Assembly (NCBI GenBank): GCA_965218695.1
Contig: OZ244651.1
Span: forward strand, 1,280,001-1,344,000
DNA: 64,000 nucleotides
Source: Nitrosopumilus sp.
GTDB taxonomy: Archaea; Thermoproteota; Nitrososphaeria; Nitrososphaerales; Nitrosopumilaceae
Direction: 5' to 3'
Positions 8,526 through 18,779 of the stretch are shown in pieces. Within the stretch, counting starts at the first letter, position 1. Each line of letters begins with the position of its first letter. The notes below the pieces were generated by a model, which saw nothing but the letters and a program-made list of their open reading frames with translations, was not told where the DNA came from and ran no database searches. A program made the position numbers and the translations under genes.

Positions 8526-9535
8526 GCCTTGGCAACCTTGACTAGGTCCGATATCCTGATGTCCATTCCAAACCTGTCCTCGTGCTTCTTCATGTATCTG
8601 AATATTGCCAAAAAGTCCGGCAGTGATCTTACAAAGCTGAACTCCTTGTGTATCTTTGCCCTTACGAAGTTGAAGACCTTCCCATACACCTTGTAGTGCT
8701 CGTCGACTGCCCTCTCATACGCGGCAAAGTCGTGCATGTTCTTCAAAAAGATCTCAACGCACTGCATTGACGGGATTATTCCCTCACCGAGCAGTGCGTA
8801 TACTGTCCCTATAGATTCGCCAACCCCTACCACCTTGCCGTTGTAAAACGGCTTGCATCTGTTCGGGGTGGCCAGCCTGATTGGACGGCCCTTTGTCTTG
8901 ATCACCTTGCCCCCGTGTTTCTTTAGAAATTCGTCTGTTGCCTTGATGTGGTTCTTTCTATAGTCGCCGGCGCCAATGTGCGCCCATCTCTCCCCCAGCG
9001 GAAAATACCAAAAGTATCCGGACATTCCTGGGAACGGCTCAATGTAAAAGTCGTCATACGGGACGCCGTTTTCGTACTCTACCTTGTACTCGTAGGTAGG
9101 CAAAAAAAAGTCCTCCTTGAGTCTTGGCAGGTAGACCCTGTGAAATCCTGTACAGTCTACTATCATGTCGTACTCTGCATCAAGCTCCTCTAGCTTGGGG
9201 GATGCGCCATAGATCACCTTGGAATCCTTGATAAAGTCCTTGATCAGTCCGAGCTTGTCATACGTGCAAAGTCCGTGCAGCCCTATGTCAAACTTTACGC
9301 TGCTGTTCATCTTGACATGCATGCTTTTTCCGTCGTGAATCATAAAATCCTCAAAGTCCCTGCCGACCTTGCTGCAGAATTCTGAAAGCACTGGCTTGAT
9401 GGTTCCCCAGGCGCATATTGAGTCGTGCCTCTCCTCTGGCATCCTCTCATACCCTACAACCTCGTGTTCGGAGCCTTTGAGCCTGGCCATGAGGTAGGAT
9501 CCTGCAACCCCCATTCCCATTACTGCTATCTTCAC
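8522..9535 (-). CDS. FAD-dependent oxidoreductase, geranylgeranyl-reductase-like
   Basis: N-terminal GxGxxG (GMGVAGS), GYFWYFP, GESIGTVYALLGEGI. Confidence 0.8.
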   Translation of the reverse strand: MKIAVMGMGVAGSYLMARLKGSEHEVVGYERMPEERHDSICAWGTIKPVLSEFCSKVGRDFEDFMIHDGKSMHVKMNSSVKFDIGLHGLCTYDKLGLIKDFIKDSKVIYGASPKLEELDAEYDMIVDCTGFHRVYLPRLKEDFFLPTYEYKVEYENGVPYDDFYIEPFPGMSGYFWYFPLGERWAHIGAGDYRKNHIKATDEFLKKHGGKVIKTKGRPIRLATPNRCKPFYNGKVVGVGESIGTVYALLGEGIIPSMQCVEIFLKNMHDFAAYERAVDEHYKVYGKVFNFVRAKIHKEFSFVRSLPDFLAIFRYMKKHEDRFGMDIRISDLVKVAKA

Positions 9536-10408
9536 GATATACTGCGGTTCAATCCTGTCTAATAATGTTCTGTAAATCGTCTGGCACTCTGCGCGAGGCC
9601 TGTCCGTCGTTGTGATTCTGTCCGTCTGTCTGTCTACCTGCCTGCCGGTCTAACGTATCGGTCCACTCACCGACTCTTGAGGAAACGTCCCAAGGGCTGA
9701 TTCTGCCATCATTGCACTGTCTTCGGTTCGGCCGGGCCGAACCTTGGGACGGCATCCCTGATGGTGCCCTGTAGAATGCCTGACCTTGTATTTTGCCATG
9801 TTCAAGACGGTTCTGCTGCATGGTGTTGAGTCTATTCGTTCTCATGATTCAGTATGGCCTTGGGACGGCTTGGTGCTCGAATCGGGTCTCTCATGGGGTG
9901 ACAATCATGATGCTATTGCACGAAAACGACCTTTTGCATAATGAAAAACATGTCAGTTGCCGCATTGCATAATTGAAGATCAACCGGTTATTCAAAAACC
10001 ATCTTTTGCATAATGAGAAATATGCCGGCCATGTCTGCTATATATCATGAAACCTGCATGCATGGCGTGTCAGACATCAGATTTTTTTGAATATAATCAA
10101 ACCTGCAGGGCATATTTTGCACGTTACTCAGGAGCAAAAACATAATTTCCTTGGATTTTATTTTCAGGAATAATTATTTTAAATTATTTGTGTCCGGCAC
10201 GCCATGCCTGCCGGGATTTACATCTTCCAGCGGATGGCCGCATGCGTTATGTCGGGGATGCGCGCTGCATGGGACAGGTGCCGGGTCTTGGCAGGCATTC
10301 TGGCATGTGGGTGGCTCGTGACCGGTACCACGAGCATGCAGCCTGACTGATCCTGCAGATAATCCTGCGGGTAATAAAATTAAATTTAGCGTCTCGCTGC
10401 CATACGAT

Positions 10409-11017
10409 GTGGAAACATTTGAGGCCATCAGAACGAGGCGTGCTGTCAAAAGATTTGACAGGAACCACAAGATGACGCAGGACGAGATAGACTGTCTCTT
10501 GGAGCTGGCGCTGCTCTCCCCCACATCGTACAACATACAGCACTGGAGGTTCGTGACAGTGACCGGACAGCTGCTCAAGGACGAACTTTGCCGGATGGCA
10601 TACGACCAGCCGCAGGTCTCTGAGGCATCACTGGTCATCATCGTCTGTGCCGACCTGAATGCCTGGGATAGGAATCCTGAGAGATACTGGATGAGCATCC
10701 CGCCGGAACAGCGCGTTGCAAAGGTGGCATCCATCAGAAGATCTTACTCTGGAAAGCCCGGACTGCAGCGGGACAAGGCCATGCGTTCCTGCGGAATCGC
10801 CTCCCAGACGATCATGCTTGCCGCACGATCCATGGGGTATGATACGTGCCCGATGGAGGGGTTTGACTACGACGCCGTAGGAGACCGGATCAGCCTTCCT
10901 GACGATCACGTAATTGGCATGATGGTGGTGGTTGGAAAGAAACGGATGGAGCCATCGCCCCGGGGCGGGCAACTCCCGCTCTCTGAGGTCGCATTCGAGG
11001 ACTCTTTTCCTGCATGA
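10409..11017 (+). CDS. Nitroreductase family protein
   Basis: AIRTRRAVKRF, SPTSYNIQHWRF, MLAARSMGYDTCPMEGFD. Confidence 0.9.
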   Translation: METFEAIRTRRAVKRFDRNHKMTQDEIDCLLELALLSPTSYNIQHWRFVTVTGQLLKDELCRMAYDQPQVSEASLVIIVCADLNAWDRNPERYWMSIPPEQRVAKVASIRRSYSGKPGLQRDKAMRSCGIASQTIMLAARSMGYDTCPMEGFDYDAVGDRISLPDDHVIGMMVVVGKKRMEPSPRGGQLPLSEVAFEDSFPA

Positions 11018-11092
11018 GATGGCAAAACCCGGCAGCTGCTCCATGGGGCCTGTCGTGGAACCTGCTCCTGCATCTGCAGACTGTCTGCCACC

Positions 11093-14044
11093 CTACTCGA
11101 TGAGGATTGCCGGCTTGAACGGCCTTGAGTGCCTCGCCTTTCCCTTGGGATCGTCAATGTCTGCATCCGTCTCACAAAACACCCTGATCTCCGTGCCAAA
11201 CTCCAGTCCTGCAAGCCCTGCAAGCTCTTCTGAGAGGAACGCCTTCTCGTCAAACTCCCTTGGCTCCATCATCCTGGCATTCCTTATCTGGACCGGATCT
11301 GAGAGTATGTCCTTGATCGCCTTTTGCACAAAGTCGGGGTTCCTCTTTATCCCTGATGTCTCAGAGTCTGCAACAAGGCCCTTCATGATTGGACCCATGC
11401 CTGTCTGCCCGTCAAGGATCATGCCCAGGACGGCGCGGTACGCCCTGGATTTGAGGGGGTCTGCAGTGTACACCGTCACCCTTTTGGGCGTAATCCTTGT
11501 CACCTTGAGAATCTTTGCAATGTCGTCCATTGTGGACCGGAGCAACTCCTCTGACTGGACTGCTACGGGATCCACCTCCCCCGGCACGAATTCGGGCCAC
11601 CGGGACATCGAGGCAAGACCGGCATGGCCAAGCATCTCCCACATCTCTTCTGCGACGTGCGGGGCAAACGGCGAGAGCATTGCAACGCGCGCGGAGTGTA
11701 TCCTGTAAAGCACCCCCTCGTTCCTGCTGTTCTTTGCCGCGGTTCTCCTTGCGTACCACCCCATCTCGGACTCGAACTCAAACAGGACGCTGTGCAGGGC
11801 CTCCCTCACCCTCATCTTCTCTATCGATTCGGTAGCATGATTGATCATGTCCTGCAGCCTGGACAGTATCCACCTGTCCTCTGCCTCCATCGTGCCTTCA
11901 ATTCCTCCTGCCTTCAGCACGGCGCACTCGTGGTGGAATGCCTCCAGCCTGCCCTGTATTCCGGATACTGCCTCCATGTTAAAGTCCGCATCCTGGAGAA
12001 GCTCCGCTGATATGACTATTGCCAGCCTGATGGGATCTGCACCGTACTCTTGGATCGCCTTGCGCAGCGGAATGATATTCCCCATGCTCTTTGACATCTT
12101 GGAGCCGTTCATCAGGACCGAGCCATTAACTACGATCTGGCGCGGCCAGTGCTTCTCTGGAAATATTGCTATGTGGTTCATGACAAAGAACGTCAGGTGG
12201 TTTGGAACCAGGTCGCGGCCCGAGTGCCTAGAGTCGACCGGATAAAAGTACAGAAACTCGTCCCTGATCTTCCTGACAGTATCCTCCGGAATTCCCGTGG
12301 CGCCTGAGACTGCCTCTGCCTGGCCCCTGCCCAGAAATATGTAGTCAAAGAACTCCCCTGTCAGGCCTTCGGCGGATATGGCCCCGTCGTTTACAAACTT
12401 GGCTATGACATAGTATGCCATGTATATCACAGAATCCGAGAGACTCTCGACGATCCAGTCCTTGTCCCACGGCAGCTTTGTTCCCATGCCGTGCTGTCTT
12501 GCGCAGGCCCTCTCGCGAAGCCACCCTGTGACATAGTTGAACTCGGGCCTTATCTCCTGGGGGAGTATGCTCATGGACTCGAAGCACCTTGTAGTGGATT
12601 CCTTCCACTGCGCGTCTGCATAGTTTAGAAACCACTGGTTGTTGAGAACCTTGACTACGCATTCTGTCCCGCACCTGCATCTTACCGGCGTGTTTGTAAG
12701 TTCCAGCATAATGTCTGCAAACCCCTTCTCCCTGAGCCAGTCCCTTACGGGATCCTTTGCGTGCTCTACCGGAAGCCCTGAAAACTTGCCGGCGTTCTGC
12801 CTCAGCCTCCCGCCGTAAAACTCTGCTGCATAGACCTCCTTTGTGGCCTCCTCGATTCTTGGATCGTTCTGGTCAGTAATGCCCATCCTCTGGGTTACCT
12901 CGACGCCGGGCATCTCCCCGTACCCGTCGACCTCTATGATGGACTTGGGGGCGATTCCGGATGCTGCAGCCCCCCATCCCTCTGATCCCTTGAGATCCTC
13001 AAGTGCCTGGTAGTCAATAGGCGCATGCGCGGGAACCGACATGACCATGCCTGTGCCTGTCCCGCCCTGGACAAACCCCGCAGGAAGCATCACTACCGAC
13101 TCGTCCCTGTGCGGCATGCTTGCTGACCTGCCTGTAAGCTCCGAGCCGCTGATCTCCCCGTCGTATGACACTGTCTTGTCCTGGAACTCCATCTTGCGCG
13201 CGCACTCCGGGCTTACAATCCATCTTTCACCGTCCACGGTGATCTTCTTGTATGTTATGCCAGGATTGACCCACAGGTTTACCACCCCGAATATGGTCTC
13301 GGGCCTCAGCGTTGCAGTGGGTATGACGTACTCTCCAAGCCTGAACTTGATCAGGACATACTCTGTAAAGTCCGGCTCCACGTCTCCAAGCGTGTCGTGC
13401 TGTGATACCGGGTTCTGATCCCTCGGGCACCAGCCGACCGGATGGGATCCCTGGATGACCAGGTTCTTGTCCCTTAGCGTGCTGATCTGCCACTGGATGA
13501 ACTTGCTATACACGGGATCGATGGTGGTAAACTCCCGCCTCCAGTCGATAGAGTATCCCATCTCTACCATTCCTGTTCTGATCTCCTCGTGGAAGTAGTC
13601 TGCAATCTTTACCGGCTCTGCAAATCCGCTGATCGTATCCTCGGGAACGCCGTACAGATTCCTCAGGTTGTCTATGATCTCCGAATCTCCCTCCTCTACC
13701 CTTCTTGCCATGCCCAGTATCGGGGTTCCTGTATAGTGAAACGCCATTGGAAACAGTACGTTGTATCCCTTCATCCTGTAGAACCTTGCATGTATGTCTG
13801 CAAGCGTGTATGTCCTGCCGTGCCCCACGTGCTGCGGAGAGTTCGGGTACGGATATGCCACCGTGATGAACTTCTTTGGCCTTTGGTCCGGGTCGGCCTC
13901 AAACTGTCTGGACTGGCTCCACTCGTTCCTCCATTTGGCCTCGATGGCCGGCCAGTCTATCTTCCTTGTGGAATGCTGTGATCTGACTGTCGTCTTTTTT
14001 TTGTACCTGATGTCGTCGTTGCCGTCCTTGTCCATCTTGCTCAT
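11093..14044 (-). CDS. leuS: Leucine--tRNA ligase
   Basis: YPYPNSPQHVGH (HIGH), TLRPET editing motif, KMSKS. Confidence 0.97.
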   Translation of the reverse strand: MSKMDKDGNDDIRYKKKTTVRSQHSTRKIDWPAIEAKWRNEWSQSRQFEADPDQRPKKFITVAYPYPNSPQHVGHGRTYTLADIHARFYRMKGYNVLFPMAFHYTGTPILGMARRVEEGDSEIIDNLRNLYGVPEDTISGFAEPVKIADYFHEEIRTGMVEMGYSIDWRREFTTIDPVYSKFIQWQISTLRDKNLVIQGSHPVGWCPRDQNPVSQHDTLGDVEPDFTEYVLIKFRLGEYVIPTATLRPETIFGVVNLWVNPGITYKKITVDGERWIVSPECARKMEFQDKTVSYDGEISGSELTGRSASMPHRDESVVMLPAGFVQGGTGTGMVMSVPAHAPIDYQALEDLKGSEGWGAAASGIAPKSIIEVDGYGEMPGVEVTQRMGITDQNDPRIEEATKEVYAAEFYGGRLRQNAGKFSGLPVEHAKDPVRDWLREKGFADIMLELTNTPVRCRCGTECVVKVLNNQWFLNYADAQWKESTTRCFESMSILPQEIRPEFNYVTGWLRERACARQHGMGTKLPWDKDWIVESLSDSVIYMAYYVIAKFVNDGAISAEGLTGEFFDYIFLGRGQAEAVSGATGIPEDTVRKIRDEFLYFYPVDSRHSGRDLVPNHLTFFVMNHIAIFPEKHWPRQIVVNGSVLMNGSKMSKSMGNIIPLRKAIQEYGADPIRLAIVISAELLQDADFNMEAVSGIQGRLEAFHHECAVLKAGGIEGTMEAEDRWILSRLQDMINHATESIEKMRVREALHSVLFEFESEMGWYARRTAAKNSRNEGVLYRIHSARVAMLSPFAPHVAEEMWEMLGHAGLASMSRWPEFVPGEVDPVAVQSEELLRSTMDDIAKILKVTRITPKRVTVYTADPLKSRAYRAVLGMILDGQTGMGPIMKGLVADSETSGIKRNPDFVQKAIKDILSDPVQIRNARMMEPREFDEKAFLSEELAGLAGLEFGTEIRVFCETDADIDDPKGKARHSRPFKPAILIE

Positions 14045-16734
14045 GCTGCTGCCTTTCCCTGAATCATTGATCTTGCCATGTCTATTGCCGCGTCTTTTTT
14101 AGATGTGTCCTTTCCGCCTCCCTGGGCAAATGCCGCGTCCCCCCCGCCTGCACCCCCCAGAATCCTGGCCACTGCGTCTGCTATGGCGCCTGCGTTTATT
14201 GTTCCTGCGGCCCTCTCCCCGGAGTGCACCATCACCCTGACGGTGGGTCCGGACTCGAATATTCCCACATATGCCGAGTCTGGAAGACTCTTTGTCAGCC
14301 TCTTGCCAAAGTTCATGTGAAAGTACTCGTCATACCGTTCGTGCCATGTCATGCACACCCTTGACTGGCCCATCACGAATATTCCATTTATGGTAGTGTC
14401 GGGCTGGCACTCCGATACCTGCCTTAGCAGCTCCGGAATCATCTCCCTTGAATTCCTTCTGTCTTTCTCCCTTTGCATCTCCAGCTGCCTTTTTTGGGCG
14501 TCCTCCTGCTCCCTGACGTGCCTCATTGATTCCTGCTCCCTTGCATACTCTGTGGCCGCATCCCCGGAGACGAACTCAATCCTTACCACTCCGTCCTGGA
14601 TCCTCTTAGTTTTTGTGATCTTGATGAGGCCTATGTCCCCCGTGCTCCTGACATGGGTTCCTCCGCACGCCTCCACGTCCCTGTCGCCGATCGACACGAT
14701 TCTGACTGCCTTTACCGGAACCACCCCGCCCTGGTATATGTTGAATCCGTACCTCTGCTCGGCTGTCCCCCTGTCGTGCCACTCTATTGATACGGGAAGA
14801 TCCTGTCCTACTATGCCGTTGGCCTCGTCCTCTATCTGCCGTACCTGTGTGGGGGTAAGAGACGAATGGTGCGTGATGTCAAGCCTTGCGTGATCGCTGT
14901 CCTTGAACGCAGAGTGCTGCCACACCCACGAACCTAGGACTCCCCTTGATGATGCGTTGAGTATGTGCGTGCTGGTGTGGTTTTTTGTGATGGCCCCCCT
15001 TCTTGCAGAGTCCACCGCACACCTGACAGTCTGGCCTTTCTTGGGGACTCCCCCTTGCAGCCTGTGCACAATGATGCTCCCGTGCCTGCTCACGTCAGTC
15101 ACCTTGAATCCTGCCACCGTTCCATGGTCAGGTTCCTGGCCTCCGCCCCTTGCATAAAATGATGTCCTGTCAAGCACCACACAGTCGTCCCAGGACTTGA
15201 GTACCGTTGCGTCAAACTCTGCGGGATCGTCTCCGTAAAAGAGCATCTCTGTCTCGGGTAGCCCGTCCAGTGGAAGGCTCTCTGTCTTGTCCCTCTTGGC
15301 TGACTGGTGCAGATCGGAGAGTCTGGCGTATAATGCAGACGGAACCGTGTCGATCACGCCCATCTCCATGAGATACTCTGGCGTTATTCCGTCTGACTCG
15401 TACAGCCTGACAAGCTCATCCACGGTGGGCGGGCCCTTTTTGAGCACCTTGTCTGCCTTCTTCTTCATGCTGGCCTTGGATCCGTCATACCTCTCTGATT
15501 CTATCCCCAGAATCTTCTTGATGTCGTCCCGTTTCGAGTCAAGCTCGCCGTAGGTATCCATGAGATAGTCCACATGAAGGTCAATCAGTTCGTCTATGTC
15601 CAGTCTGAAATCGAGCCTGTCGATGGCGGCCCTGATTCTGCGCAGCATCATTCTCAGGTTGTACCCTCCCCCAACGTTGCTTGGGAGGGCCCCGTCTGCC
15701 ACTGCAAAGACCAGTGTCCTGAGATGGTCTGCAACCAGATACATGCCCTCGATAGGGGCGATCACCCTGTCTGCCATGTCCCCTGTGAGTCCTGCAGCCC
15801 TTACTGCGCGGGCCCTGACATCATTCAGATCAAATTTCTCCAGCGACTTTGCAATCTCTGTAAAGTATGCCCGCAGTACCTCCGAGTCTGGATCAATCCC
15901 AATCATCTCTGAGAGCCTCTGGTTAATCGGACCAAAACAGCAGTCGTATGCAGTTGGCGTTCCTGTCGTTATCCATGCCAGCCTCTCAAGACCGGCTCCC
16001 ATGTCTATGATCCTCTGGTCAAGCACCGTGTGCCTTCCAAGCTCTCCCTGAAACTCCGTAAAGACGGCGTTTCCAAGCTCCAGCCCACGGACAAAGTACT
16101 CCAATGACGGACCAAAGGAACCGCCTCCGACCCACACGTCTTCCACAAAGACTATCTCCTCTCTTTTTATGCCGAACTTGTCTGTAAGCAACCTGAAGTC
16201 AAGGTCGATGCATTCGTCCTTCCAGTATCCGCCGAGGCTAGGAATGCTGTGCTGTCCGATCATGCAAAAGCTTGAAAAATGCCTTCCGGTAACCCCGACA
16301 TTTTCGAGATCCTTGAAACGCAGGCATGTCTGGGGAACTACCAGGGGGTTTGCCGGAAACTCAAATACGACCTTTGAGCCCATAACCCTCTGAAAGTCTA
16401 CGACCGACGCAATGGTAAAGTACAGGTCGTCGCGCCACCTGCAGACCACCGGATACCTGCTGATTGACGTGTGTCCGTTTTCTACAAAGAATTCTTCTAC
16501 CTGCCTCCATGCCTGCGTGTAGTCAAATCTCTTGGAGGTGGGCGGATCCCCGATAAACGAGTACGTATCATCTGCATCATCCGGGCACAGCGCCCTCTCT
16601 GCATCCATGGTCCAGAAGAACCTTCCGCACTTTGCGCAGGATCTTCGTGCGAAGCCCTGCTCCTCAAAGAGCTTGACCTTGTAGTGCCTGTCCGAGTCTG
16701 ATGAAAATTCCCTGAGAACCTCTCTTTTATCCAA
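14041..16734 (-). CDS. alaS: Alanine--tRNA ligase
   Basis: DMGAGLER, HTSTH and EACGGTHV editing motifs, C-terminal GGG/AQGGG. Confidence 0.97.
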   Translation of the reverse strand: MDKREVLREFSSDSDRHYKVKLFEEQGFARRSCAKCGRFFWTMDAERALCPDDADDTYSFIGDPPTSKRFDYTQAWRQVEEFFVENGHTSISRYPVVCRWRDDLYFTIASVVDFQRVMGSKVVFEFPANPLVVPQTCLRFKDLENVGVTGRHFSSFCMIGQHSIPSLGGYWKDECIDLDFRLLTDKFGIKREEIVFVEDVWVGGGSFGPSLEYFVRGLELGNAVFTEFQGELGRHTVLDQRIIDMGAGLERLAWITTGTPTAYDCCFGPINQRLSEMIGIDPDSEVLRAYFTEIAKSLEKFDLNDVRARAVRAAGLTGDMADRVIAPIEGMYLVADHLRTLVFAVADGALPSNVGGGYNLRMMLRRIRAAIDRLDFRLDIDELIDLHVDYLMDTYGELDSKRDDIKKILGIESERYDGSKASMKKKADKVLKKGPPTVDELVRLYESDGITPEYLMEMGVIDTVPSALYARLSDLHQSAKRDKTESLPLDGLPETEMLFYGDDPAEFDATVLKSWDDCVVLDRTSFYARGGGQEPDHGTVAGFKVTDVSRHGSIIVHRLQGGVPKKGQTVRCAVDSARRGAITKNHTSTHILNASSRGVLGSWVWQHSAFKDSDHARLDITHHSSLTPTQVRQIEDEANGIVGQDLPVSIEWHDRGTAEQRYGFNIYQGGVVPVKAVRIVSIGDRDVEACGGTHVRSTGDIGLIKITKTKRIQDGVVRIEFVSGDAATEYAREQESMRHVREQEDAQKRQLEMQREKDRRNSREMIPELLRQVSECQPDTTINGIFVMGQSRVCMTWHERYDEYFHMNFGKRLTKSLPDSAYVGIFESGPTVRVMVHSGERAAGTINAGAIADAVARILGGAGGGDAAFAQGGGKDTSKKDAAIDMARSMIQGKAAA

Positions 16735-16954
16735 CTATGTGGATTGTTTTATTCCAATATTAAGAACTAACGCTGTACAAAAGTTGTCTGGACTTGTAAT
16801 GAATACGGGCCTGGACGGTGCCTGCCTTGTCATCGTGGAAAGGTATGATCAGAGGGACTGCCTGGCAGTGTCATCTGCCTGCCTGATCTGCTTTTGGGAT
16901 ATCTGCTGAACACAGAAATAACAGATTAAATAGAATGCGCAATCTACCCTATCC

Positions 16955-17464
16955 ATGTTTGGGAAGAAACCTCCGCTGAAGGAGGGCGTTCATGTCTTCT
17001 CCGTAAAGAAGAATGGGGATTTTAACGACTTTATCTTTGCAGTAGTCACACAGGTTCGGGAAAGGAAGGTGGGCATCAACGGCGTCATCGTTAATCCCGT
17101 GGGCCTCAAAAACAAGCTGATTCAGGGCAAAACCGGGGAACGATCCAGGGAGATCCTTGAAAATCCGACACCTGACAACGTGGTTCTGGCATTGGTTTAC
17201 AGGGTGGAGCATGAAAATTTTGCCGGGGTGCTTGATCTTGACACTGACAAGTGTGACCTGATCTCCCCCAAGGTATACGGGATGATTGACAGCTGGATCC
17301 GGGAGTCGCTGCCTGAACACCTGAACAAGGTCCTCTCACTGCCGTCTGGTACTGAAAGGGACGATGCAAAGAGGGTTCTGAGGCACCGGATGGAGACCCT
17401 CACTGACAAGAATCTAAGGCGGACGCTCTATTCGGTGTGCCGGAGCCTCAAGATTCTGTACTAG
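16955..17464 (+). CDS. Hypothetical protein
   Basis: 169-aa ORF with TATA-like ATTAAATA upstream and protein-like composition. Confidence 0.7.
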   Translation: MFGKKPPLKEGVHVFSVKKNGDFNDFIFAVVTQVRERKVGINGVIVNPVGLKNKLIQGKTGERSREILENPTPDNVVLALVYRVEHENFAGVLDLDTDKCDLISPKVYGMIDSWIRESLPEHLNKVLSLPSGTERDDAKRVLRHRMETLTDKNLRRTLYSVCRSLKILY

Positions 17465-17639
17465 CCGCGCGCAGCCTGTCTGTGCAGCAACCTGCAGACG
17501 GTTTGTCTGTTCGGGACGCATCGTGGTACTCGTTCAGGGTCTGCCCGGGCCTGAATCATGCAAACCCCTCCTGGTTTTGGAATGCCAAGCAGATAGCATA
17601 TTCAATACGTATTTATTTCAAAATTCAAGAACAACTTTG

Positions 17640-18044
17640 ATGCCCATCAACAAGGAGAAGATTGCAAAGAGACAGGAGGTAAAAGAGCACAACCCCGAGT
17701 TTATCAGGCCGGAGAGCTGGCGGTATGTCCGACTTGCCACCGGCTGGAGAAAGCCAAAGGGCATCGATCATCACCAGAGAAAGCAAAAGAGCAGGGGCCG
17801 TCCCGGACTTGTAAAGGTAGGGTATGGCGGTCCCAAGGAGTCCAAGGGACTGCATCCGTCGGGATTTACGGACAATCTGGTTTACAATGTTAATGACTTG
17901 GAGGGACTGAATCCAAAGAAGGACGGAATCCGAATAGGACACGGCGTTGGCACCCGAAAGCGGAGGGAGGTCGTCGTCAGTGCAGTGGAGAAAAAATTCA
18001 AAATTTTTAACGCAAGAGTGAGTGCAATTGGTAATCAATCTTAA
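17640..18044 (+). CDS. rpl32e: Ribosomal protein L32e
   Basis: FIRPESWRYVRL..WRKPKGID, GLHPSG. Confidence 0.95.
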   Translation: MPINKEKIAKRQEVKEHNPEFIRPESWRYVRLATGWRKPKGIDHHQRKQKSRGRPGLVKVGYGGPKESKGLHPSGFTDNLVYNVNDLEGLNPKKDGIRIGHGVGTRKRREVVVSAVEKKFKIFNARVSAIGNQS

Positions 18045-18483
18045 CAGCAAGAAGAGGCTGGCAGCACGGGTCACCGGGGTCGGCGTTCACAGAATCCGGT
18101 TTGATTCTGATCACCTGAGTGATATTGCAGACGCAATCACGCGAAGCGACATCCGGAGCCTGATTACTGCAAACACAATTACCATAAAGTCGTTTACCGG
18201 CACGTCCCGGGGCAGGGCGCACACTAAGAAGGCGCAGAGGAACAAGAGAGGGACCACCCAGGGCTCAAAGCGGGGAACCAAGGGAGCCCGTGTGGGCAAA
18301 AAGGAGGTATACGTTGCCAAGGTTCGCTCCCTCAGACGTCTGCTCAAGATTGCCAAGGACCGAAAGGATATCACCAATCAGGAGTTTTGGACATTATACA
18401 AGAGGGTGGGCGGAAACACTGTCCGAAACAAGGCACACCTGAGAACGCTGATGCAAGAGATTACCGAGAAACGAACCGATTAG
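18022..18483 (+). CDS. rpl19e: Ribosomal protein L19e
   Basis: KKRLAARV, AITRSDIR, GSKRGTKGAR. Confidence 0.95.
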   Translation: MQLVINLNSKKRLAARVTGVGVHRIRFDSDHLSDIADAITRSDIRSLITANTITIKSFTGTSRGRAHTKKAQRNKRGTTQGSKRGTKGARVGKKEVYVAKVRSLRRLLKIAKDRKDITNQEFWTLYKRVGGNTVRNKAHLRTLMQEITEKRTD

Positions 18484-18779
18484 AACCTGTGGAAGCTGTT
18501 CTTCATGTCCGTGATTCTTCCGTCCTGAATGCCAACCCCTTCCCGGCTTAGCATCTTAGTCTTGATCTCCGTGCCGTAGAGGTATCCGCCGACCTCCCCT
18601 GTGGACCTGACCACCCTGTGGCATGGGACTATTCCGGGATACGGATTTCTGCTCATTATTCTTCCTATCTGCCTCTGCCCGTTCTTTAGTCCGACTGCCC
18701 GTGCCAGCTCGCCGTATGTGGTGATTCTGCCCTCGGGAACCTCCATCAACCTCTTGTAGACGAGTTCTTCAAGACTCAT
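18480..18779 (-). CDS. ogt: O6-methylguanine-DNA methyltransferase (MGMT family, catalytic domain only)
   Basis: VPEGRITTYGELA, VPCHRVV active site. Confidence 0.85.
   Translation of the reverse strand: MSLEELVYKRLMEVPEGRITTYGELARAVGLKNGQRQIGRIMSRNPYPGIVPCHRVVRSTGEVGGYLYGTEIKTKMLSREGVGIQDGRITDMKNSFHRF

Noticed and set aside
9679-9692. GAGGAAACGTCC resembling the RNase P RNA P4 motif
   Set aside because: No matching 3' P4 strand or other conserved regions at a suitable distance
9931-10026. Two 24-bp repeats 72 bp apart as a mini-CRISPR
   Set aside because: Only two imperfect units, no palindrome and no cas genes; kept only as possible binding sites
16770-16790. ACGCTGTACAAAAGTTGT similar to the IS481 end
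   Set aside because: Short gapped match with no partner IR or DR
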